From assembly GCA_951406725.2 (NCBI GenBank), contig OX597814.1, forward strand, positions 37,944,001 through 38,008,000: a DNA stretch of 64,000 nucleotides, given 5' to 3'. A program made the position numbers and the translations under genes. Positions 54,328 to 64,000 of the stretch are shown piece by piece. Source of the DNA: Octopus vulgaris (taxonomy: Eukaryota). The notes beneath the pieces were generated by a model. It was not told where the DNA came from. It saw only the letters and a program-made list of their open reading frames with translations, and did not search any database. The stretch's first letter is position 1. Every line of letters starts with the position of its first letter.

Positions 54328-57039
54328 CGCACACATACTGTTCGCAGTTTGATCTTTAGTCAGTCAATGAGTTATTGTTTTTCTAAAGATAATCGTATTT
54401 TTTTAATTTGTTCTTTGTCTATTATTATAGCTCAACAACTCACTGTTAGTAGACTGCTTTTATTTCTTTCCAAAACCTGGATTAACACGTTATCATCATT
54501 ATGCTGTCAGGCTTTGTATATTTCCAATGATTTCAGAAAAGTGCGGTAGTTCGCTTGAAGCAATTTATCAAGAAAACAGAAACGAAATAATGCGGAGAGC
54601 TTCTTACAATGCGAAAAGAGAATTGAGATATTTATATAAATTCTTCCTATATTTCGGGAGAATCACCCAGCTATAGAGGAATATCAGTTCACAAATACTT
54701 CTTGAACAGGCGATGTATGATTCACTCTAAATATATAAGAAATACAGAAATTAAAAATATATATAGTTAGTATTATAGATTTTGGAAAATTTATTTAATG
54801 TTTTTCTTTGAAAATATTTTTCTATTCTTGTATAATATACAGCATAAAGGTGAGAAAATGTGTATTATTGTCGTATTGCGCATAGTTTTGCACAGTTTTT
54901 TTAGTGAATATTCAAAACCATACACGTGCACAGAGACAGTCAGACACATTTTCACACGCATATGAAAAGAAGGGAGAAGGAAAGGAAGAATGAGAGGATA
55001 CATGGATATACATATAACTATCGAGACATATTCATTCAGACTTATATTCATATATGTGCATATATGTACATTGTTTGTATATACAAACACGCATGGACAC
55101 ACATACAATGCAAAGACAATTTCAACGTGCACAACCATAGATTATGCAAAAATTCGATCAGAGTGACGCTAACGATAACGTACAAGAACACTAAAACAAA
55201 TCGCCATCTAAAGATAGGTCGCTATTGTCACAAAGGCGCGTGTATACAAAAGCACATCTCCGTGAAACAACACGAGCACATATATTTACATATACCATGG
55301 AGTATGAAATTAATTCAATTTATGTTATATCAAATCGCAGAAGATAATATATTTTCCGTATATCATTATACCTTTTAAGTTAACTGTTAAAAAATAATCA
55401 TTATCTTTGTCTTAATTAAGAAAATATTCTATTGTCTACTGAATACATCCACAAGTTATAAGTTTTCCTTTATTGTCGAAATATATTAGAGTGATAGTGT
55501 GCAAATATATCTTTAATCAATAAATCTGAAAGTTGTCAAATGTGTATAGGTAGGTACGAATTTACATTCTACGACCGAGATACTTTACTTTTCTCTTAAC
55601 ACCAGTTAGCTTCAGTTACAGAATGCTAAATGTTGCTACATCACAAATATACATTTATACACACATATATATATACATCGTACACTCAAACTGTGGCAAC
55701 GTATTTTACGTATACTCCTCTCTTCCTTGCCCTCCTATTTCTCCTATTTTCTTCAATAACCACTATTCTTCACATTCATTTCACAAAGCTAGTTGTAATT
55801 CATTTATTGTTTCAATTATTCATTTTCTCTGAGATACTCATTTGCCCATCTTTTAATTTAACTTTTCCTTATTTCTATTTAATTCTATTTTAATCATTTG
55901 TATCATCTTATTTCTATATTTTTATACCCGTTCCAATATAATTTCAGCGTCTGATTTTTTTTTATTTTACTCCACTTTCGTTAATGTCTATTGATTTTCT
56001 GGCATCTAGATTTCATCAACAACCGAATAACATTTTTTTATCAAGAAAGTCACTGTTCTAAGCACATTGGTTCTATTAACGCCCACCAAGCTAATATCGT
56101 TAGCCCATCAGTAATTTAAGAAACAAAGCTCTATCTAGTGTGGGTTATATGCAGAAATCGGTGTGTCCGACAAACTGTATGGAATTGTTTATTTCACCAT
56201 CAATATTCAATGACCCAAGATATGATTAAAATTAATCCGACGGATCTCATTTATTCTGCGCATAAAAGTATTGAAACTTCATACATGGGTATTTATATTT
56301 GTTTATACATCATTGACTAAATTCCATTCATATATCCATCTACGCAGTAAGCATTAAAACAAATCAGTTTAACGCATCAGTAATTTCCATATCACGATAT
56401 CACCAGATTCTTCTCTTCTTAAACATTAAACAGAGAAATACCATCCGATTTTCTCCCCATAGAGACTCGTTATATTAGATATTTTATATATTTTAACAAT
56501 ATTTAAACATTTACCTATTTCGAAAATCTAAAACGGTTCTGCACCACATTTTCAGCGAATGCACAGCAAGGATAATTAGAGTGATCCATAGAAATCGGTC
56601 TCAGTTCCTGCACTCTATAAATATCTTTAATCTACTAATCTGTCTATGAAATGAATACAGAAAATCTGTCAGTGAGGAAGATTTATCAGTAACTGAATGT
56701 AACCAAATCTATATTGATTTGGCCTAAGTATAGGTGAAATACTTGAGTATAACAAATATACTTGGCTTTTACACAATTGTGTTGTATGCTTCTAAACAAA
56801 AATTGCATATTATAAAAAAGAGTTTCGGCTATTTACTTTCACATTACAATCTAAATAACTTGTAAAGAAAATATTTTTTTTAAGTAACTCGCAAAATTTT
56901 CAATGTTTCAAATAGTTGATTTTTTTCAAATTGATAAACTAAATTTGTATCCTATTTGTGTACCAAATAAATATGCAAACAGAGAGCAGTTGTTTGTTCC
57001 TTTTTTTGGCGTATAAAGAGATAAAAAAACGCTTATTCT

Positions 57040-57680
57040 ACTGCAAGCGAAGGACCATAAAGGGCATGGTCCGACATAATCCAGTCGCTTTCATCTCTGA
57101 GGATATAGACTTTGTCACCTTCGGGCAGCGGTGGGCTACCTACAACAACAACTAGACATAATTTCTATTACCATACAATTACTCAATTGCCAAATTTTAA
57201 AATCACGAAGTTTAAGTTGCATTAATTGTATAGAAAATCTTTGATAACACTTTGGAAAGAAAGGAGCGGTAATCCCAGAGTTCAAAGATCAATGCAGGGC
57301 CCGGGGATGCATATGAGCCACGATGTATTGTTTCAAGTGCGTATCACCAACATGCAGAATATGTGTAGGCGTATGGCCGGATGGATACTGACAACATTCA
57401 GAAAAAGGGACAACATTCACAACAAGGGACGAAGACACTGGTATAAATCAGCAGTGTGTGCACCAAAAAGATAGCCTCAACACTACACCTGAGCTCCCTG
57501 GAGAGATTGAGGGAATTGTGACTGTAGTCTGTACTCTAATACACATGGAAGATCCTAGAGAGGCTGGCAGCAGGAGACATATACCAAGCACCGAACAGAC
57601 CATGCTGCGTTATTCCAAAAATCCCACCCAACCCGTCTAAAGTAAAGATCAGGTACTGTAATAGCTTCGAATCTTAAAGC
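57040..57680 (+). mobile_element. CR1-group LINE 3' fragment, related to 33455-34725
   Basis: MCRRMAGWILTTFR, TWKILE, KIRYCNSF. Confidence 0.7.
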
Positions 57681-58396
57681 CAACTATTAATCAATGAATG
57701 TATACAAGTGATGATTCAATGAGATACTGAATTGTCGTCAAGTTTCACTTTAAGAAAAATGTTCTTTATATGTCTGATTGTTTCTGTCTGTCTGTCTGTC
57801 TTGAACACACACTCTCTCTCTCTCTTTCTCTCTATTTATGTATATTTCTGTTTCAGCAGAACTAAAACCAGTCCTGTAGCCCCGTAACTACTGATTTCTT
57901 CTCCCTGAGCACTTCCCAGCTCCACCCACAAAGTTACCTCAGTTAAAACTGCATCAATGACGAACGGATATCTACGCTACCTCTCGCCTAGCTAAAAGTA
58001 ATTGTGACATATTTCTCCCGACAGCAACTTTATGAAGTGAAGAGGAGACGTGTATATGGCTTTCTTTAATATAAAGACTGCGCCAGAATTATATTTCTAG
58101 TAGTTTATTAACCATAAAACTTTCGAACACTATTTGATTTAAGGTCGAAGAAAAAACAGGTAAGGAGTTTTATGCAGTATCCAAACATAACTTATAAGAA
58201 TGTACTATTTCTTTCTTTCCACGATCTCATTGATTTTATGCCGATAGTTCACCAGATATTTCATACACGTTACCTATGTCCATGGGTTTAATATAGTTAG
58301 TTACCCGCCACGCCACAAACTTACACACGTGCATACGTACATATATACATGTATACATATACACACAAACCTACACACGTATATACATGCATACGT

Positions 58397-58478
<82 letters not shown>

Positions 58479-58664
58479 CTGAGTGTGAAGTGGTTAATCA
58501 TGAAATCAGTCTAATTGTTAACTCACAGGCTTCCTGCATTTTTGCTTTATCATTTTGACAGCATGTTTTTGATCTCATCCTGTATATTGATCACTCATGT
58601 CACATTCCCCGAGACACTTAAAATTTACATGTTTGGTGACTGTTCACTTGTATTTTCTCTTACC

Positions 58665-58915
58665 ATATTCAAGAACTTCATTATCCGTTATGAGACATCA
58701 TATCCCTTTAGTCTCTGAGCATTCTGGACTTAATCGTCTCGACTTATTTTGCGCCTACTCGTAAAATTTCTGTTATTTCAAAGGAACATATGTCGCACTG
58801 ATCTCACCATATTCAGAAATTCCGACATACCAGGGCTCTGTTTTAACCAAACCCTTCATTTTTAACGAAACTCTTATAAGGAAACAGCACCCAACATTTT
58901 CAATTCGCATCTCAT
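58665..58915 (-). mobile_element. Possible RTE LINE relic
   Basis: RVSLKMKGLV plus weak downstream resemblance to the RTE C-terminal region. Confidence 0.3.
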
Positions 58916-60277
58916 TAAATAAATACACATTTCGACGAATTACAATTTTGATACACTTCAGATTTCTTCTTATAATCAGTAAGTAGGGTTATACAGATAA
59001 AGTATATCCACTACTGAATATTCTGTCCATAAAATAGGATTCAGTGCATGTGTATATAATTTTTATATTGAATTTTAAGTCTATACCACTATCCAATATT
59101 ACTTGGACGGTAATACGTTGCATGATATACTTTGGAAATAAACATTATTTAAACAATTCCGTTTACTGACATGCAAAAACAGGAAGTCTGTATGGATGCA
59201 GTGAAGCTAAATGAATTTTAATGAATAAACATTAAATGGGATTAAATGCTATACTGATATATTCCAGTAGGTCTACAGAACTGTTCATCTTCTGTACAGT
59301 TTACTGTGACACTAAATCTAACTGTTTCCGAATATAAGACGAGTGTCATATTCACAATGTCTAGCAACAGGAAAAATAACGTAATGAACAAGAGAAGCTC
59401 ATTTACAATGAGTTAAATATGTTTAGTTTGCAAAACCGACAAGTAGAGAAAAACACTGTAAGAAAGACTGCTTATTTAAAGTTATATATTCATGACCTTT
59501 TTTTTATTTTTTCGATCTGGTCTCATTTTTGTGATTTATAGGTTTCCCTATCGTTATACAAATTATTTACGATATTTTTTCCGTCTTACTTCCCTTATAT
59601 TTTTTTGGTTTTTGTTAAATGACTGAAAAGTTTATCACAGCGGAAGACTTCACTTCTTTCCTTACATTATTTACACAAATTATTTTCTTTGAGTATGAAT
59701 AAAAAAGAACTTCTGTGTTTGAGGATCGATACACGTTCATTATTTTCCATGTATAGATATTCAGATAACATTGATATATTCGCTTCATAATAGAAGTGAA
59801 GTGAACAAGGAATTATAATGCTAGCGATTTAAAAGCAAATGCCATCTCTGACTGACAACAAAATGAAAGGTAAGACAACTGCAAAGAGAAGAAATGAAAA
59901 AAGGAATGAGAAAAAGAAATGAAGAGATTTTTAACAATATTAATTTCTGTATAAAACATTTTAAACAATAAATCTGAAGTATTGACGTCTATAGTTAACA
60001 AATATTACGTCAAAGAGACTTATGCGAATGCACGCTTTTATAAAAAAGAGCATTCAAATGCACTGAATCAATCTTATGCGCAGATAAGTAACGCATTAAA
60101 GCAAACATATTTACTTCCAAAACGTACAGACACACAAACAAACAGGTTCAAGATCAATATTTAAACCAACATAGCCACACAACACAAGATCACAACATAT
60201 ACACATATACAAACACATCCACAAACGCGTACACATATATCTACATTCTAAATGTGCATACATATACATTTGCGTAT

Positions 60278-60349
<72 letters not shown>

Positions 60350-60475
60350 ATATATATATATGTATATATATATATTTATAAGTATATATATGTATTATGT
60401 ATAAATATATGTATATGCATGTATATAAATATATGTATAAGTATATATATGCATATATATATATATATATATATG

Positions 60476-60512
<37 letters not shown>

Positions 60513-60588
60513 CTTTAGACGGTATTATCCGTACAAGTTCAAAATAAGATGAATAAAATCAAAATACGCAACTGTACATACAGTGGTA

Positions 60589-60676
60589 ATGCAGTACGAC
60601 AGTTTCAAGGGGGTCCATTTAAATGAACAATGCAATCATTACATCAATTTAAATGCAGGGCTCTCCTGAACTGCAT
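60589..60676 (-). ncRNA. Type I hammerhead, short dispersed family, copy 3 (core mutated)
   Basis: atgcag TTCAGGA gagc-[long hairpin]-cctt GAAA ctgtcg TA ctgcat. Confidence 0.65.
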
Positions 60677-60823
60677 AAATAAATAAATAGAAGTTTTTAA
60701 TCATTCGGACACATTTGCATAATGTTACTTAAATCCACTAATAGGGTAACAAAACAGACAAAGTTCATGCTGTTGTCAATACTGCTTAGAAGGCTCTTAG
60801 TCGTTAGGAAAAAAATGTTTGTG

Positions 60824-60873
<50 letters not shown>

Positions 60874-61485
60874 GGGCACAAATGTGCACGCTCACATCAA
60901 TAAATACATGCACTCAAAACAATATGAGCGCATCCAAACACACACAAATGCAACTATATACTTTCTCATACCGCCCCTTCTTACCTCCCCTCAAGCAACC
61001 TGACCGATTTTCTGTCCACTACATGGTCCACTACATGATCAATTTCCAGTCCTTCTTATGGTCGATTTCCAGTTCACCGTACGGTGTTTTCCAACTAACT
61101 ATCGTCACTATACTACGGTTATACTAACTTCAAACCACGACACCATGTGACGTTACTCGACCGATTGCAGCCCACCCTATGTTAATGATATCAACTTCTT
61201 TCATTCAAATTCAAAGCGATTGAAGATTACATCACACTTGAAAGTCTCGGATTATATATAACGCTTTATATGTGTTTTCTCTTAGTGTTTTCATGTTTGG
61301 ATTAGCTTTATGCATGTATGTTTGTATATTTATATATATATATATATACAGGAATTCAGTAAAAAAACAGTCCCAAGCATTGCTATAATCTATAAGGTGC
61401 CAAATTTAGGTCATTTAAACATTTAACACCTGATTATTTTCACACTATCTACATTCTTTCTTATTCTCCCTTCTCTTTCTTCATC

Positions 61486-61664
61486 TTCTTCTTCGCCGTC
61501 TTCTTCTTCTTCTTCGCCGTCTTCTTCTTCTTCTTCTTCTTCTTCTTCTTCTTCTTCTTCTTCTTCTTCTTCTTCTTCTTCTTCTTCTTCTTCTTCTTCT
61601 TCTTCTTCTTCTTCTTCTTCTTCTTCTTCTTCTTCTTCTTCTTCTTCTTCTTCTTCTTCTTCTT
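61486..61664. repeat. (TTC)n trinucleotide tract
   Basis: Direct inspection. Confidence 0.97.
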
Positions 61665-61860
61665 CTCTTTCTACCTCTTCGTCTTCGTCTCCTTTCTTGT
61701 CCGTCTTAACTTTATCACTAATGCTGTTTTGCTACGCAATTTTTTAAAACAACACATTCAAAAGAAATATTTTCAAAAATTGAACAGCAACTGCTACCAT
61801 CCACTGTGGGTCATTTTTGGGGCAGCGCAGCTGACCATTCAGCATATGGTGTATAGCCTA

Positions 61861-64000
61861 ATGTATCTATCTACCTAAAGAAAAAGAGGCAAAAGCACTA
61901 GGCCAATTTAGACCGATTTCACTACTAAATACAGAAGGGAAAATCATGTTCGGAATAATTGCTAGACGAATTATAAGATTCGTACAGCATTTTCCATCTG
62001 GGAAGCCATCACCTGTGCAAAACAAATGAAGAAAAACCTGTATATTGTTTGGCTAGATCTTGCCAACGCCTATGCATCTGTTCTGCACGCAATAATAAAA
62101 ACAGCGATGGACTTCTTTTAGATTCCAAAAGATGTTCAACGAATGCTCATGCCGTACTACGACAACCTGGGGATGAGATTTACAGCAGGAAAGTTTACAA
62201 CGGAGTGGCAACGGCTTGAAATAGGTATTGCAGCCGGATGCACGATATCAGTCATCTTATTCGTGCTAGTCATGGAAATGCTACTCAGATCTACAAACTG
62301 TGAGAAAGCTGTTACAAAGACACCATTAAGGGCTTTTATGGACGATGTAACTATATTATCGGAAAGTAGAGAAGCAGCAGATAGGATGAGCAAGGATGAA
62401 TTTCAAAGCCAAAAAATTTCGAAGCGTGGCTTTCGTGTAAGGAAGGCAAGAAGAAGTGAAATTTAGGATAGGAAGTGAAGACATACCAACGGTGAAAGAA
62501 CAACCAGTAAAGAGTCTCGGCAGATGGTATAAAGATTTATTAAGTGAAAAGAAGCAAGGGAAAGAAACGCACGAGTTAGTAGAACAAGGATTAAATGCAA
62601 TTGACAGAACAACGCTGCCGGGAAAATTCAAATGATGGATACTGCAATTTGGGCTGTACCCAAGAATAATGTGGCCATTGCAAATGTACGAAATAGCCTC
62701 GAGTATAGTAGAAAGGATGGAGCAAAGATGCAGTGTGTTTATCAGAAAATTGCTTGGTCTGCCGAAACCACTGAATACAACTGCACTATATGGAAAACCC
62801 GTGCCGCAACTACCGATAACATCAATCGCCGAAGAATATAAGGCAGGAAAGGCAAGGACAGTAATGGTGCTAATGTATTCAAAAGATCAGAGCATCCGGG
62901 AAAACCCTCCAAAGGTAAGAACAGGGAGGAAATGGAAGGCGGAAGAGGCAGTAAACAGGGCGATCGGAAAACTAAGGCACGCAGATGTAGTCGGAGCGAC
63001 GCAAGAAGCTAGAACCGGCCTAGGGTCGCAAAACTTTAGGCCATTTTGCAAGAGCAGTGTAAAAGAGATGAAAGAGGCAGTGGTATAATAATTGAGAAAG
63101 TAGGAAGGAGAAAGGCGAAATGTCCATTTGGTGCAAAGCAACAGGGACAGTACCTGAGATGGGAGGAATATGTGATCAACCGCAGAATATCATGGAAGGA
63201 ACTTTGGGCTTGGGAACAAGCAAGAACATCCTTCCTGATCAAGTCTACCTTCGACGTTCTACTCTCACCGGCGAACTTAGTCCGGTTGAACATAAAAACA
63301 ACCGACGAGTGTATATGCGGAGAGAAAGCGACGGTTAGACATGTTCTGTCAGGTTGCAGACTAGCACTAGAAAGATATACATGGCGGCATAATCAAGTCC
63401 TCGGCGTCATAAGCGCAGCACTCAAGGATAATATCGAGAGGTACAATAGGGGAGAATACCCAAAAGTAGAAAAGCGCAGGAGAGTATACTTTCAGAAGGA
63501 GGGAAAAGGTTATAAAACCAGGCCTACAAGTAAAGTATACGAGAAAAATGGAAGTGATACTGGGAGGTGGCCCACGGACTTGGAAAAACAAGTAATGTTT
63601 CCTCTAATAAAAACAACAAAAATACGTATTTAATTCTTTGGAACAGAGACCGGAGAATGGGAATTTTACTAGAACTGACAGTACCTTGGGAAGAGAACAT
63701 CGGCAATGCAGAGAAACGAAAGGAGAAGAGGTATGAAAAGCTAATCGAATAATGCAAAGAACAGGGATGGAATGTCGAATATTATCACCTGGCAGTGGGG
63801 GCTACAGGCTTCATTGAAAAGAAAATGACAACGCTTTTCAAAAGAAGATTTGTTTTTTCTAGCCCCGAGCTGCGTAACTAATAAGGAGGGTACAGAGGGC
63901 GGTCAAAAAAGCTAGCTTCTATATATGGCTGAAGCGGGAAGACCGAAAATTGCTTGAAAATGAGACAAGCTGACTGCCTTGTGACGGTCGTTTAGAAGAA
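61861..64000 (+). mobile_element. RLE-type (R2 group, HERO/NeSL-like) non-LTR retrotransposon, 5'-truncated and frameshifted; 3' UTR runs off the window
   Basis: IYLPKE..FRPISLLNTEGKI, WLDLANAY, GIAAGCTISVILF, AFMDD, zinc motif CICGEKATVRHVLSGC + YTWRHNQVL, and RLE motif LELTVPWEEN..KEKRY. Confidence 0.92.

Overview
AT-rich, microsatellite-dense eukaryotic intronic or intergenic DNA. It is most likely a coleoid cephalopod such as Octopus (inference from the SINE families and the (TA)n/(CA)n landscape). No intact protein-coding gene is supported, and most of the ORF track is microsatellite artefact. The window holds many decayed mobile elements: CR1-group LINEs (256-2936, 33455-34725, 57040-57680), RTE and other LINE relics (46320-48760), an RLE-type HERO/NeSL-like element (61861-end), a CCHC ORF1 relic, Penelope-like (PLE) GIY-YIG relics, three tRNA-SINE families, a hAT MITE and several long foldbacks. 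The main hidden signal is RNA structure. About ten type I hammerhead ribozyme (HHR) motifs from several unrelated repeat families are present. Two further motifs of unrelated sequence (33014-33079, 40139-40199) carry all three hammerhead strands with complementary stems, but in an order that matches none of types I-III. These are candidates for a pseudoknotted, non-circularly-permuted hammerhead topology. All folds were read by eye and no activity is shown.
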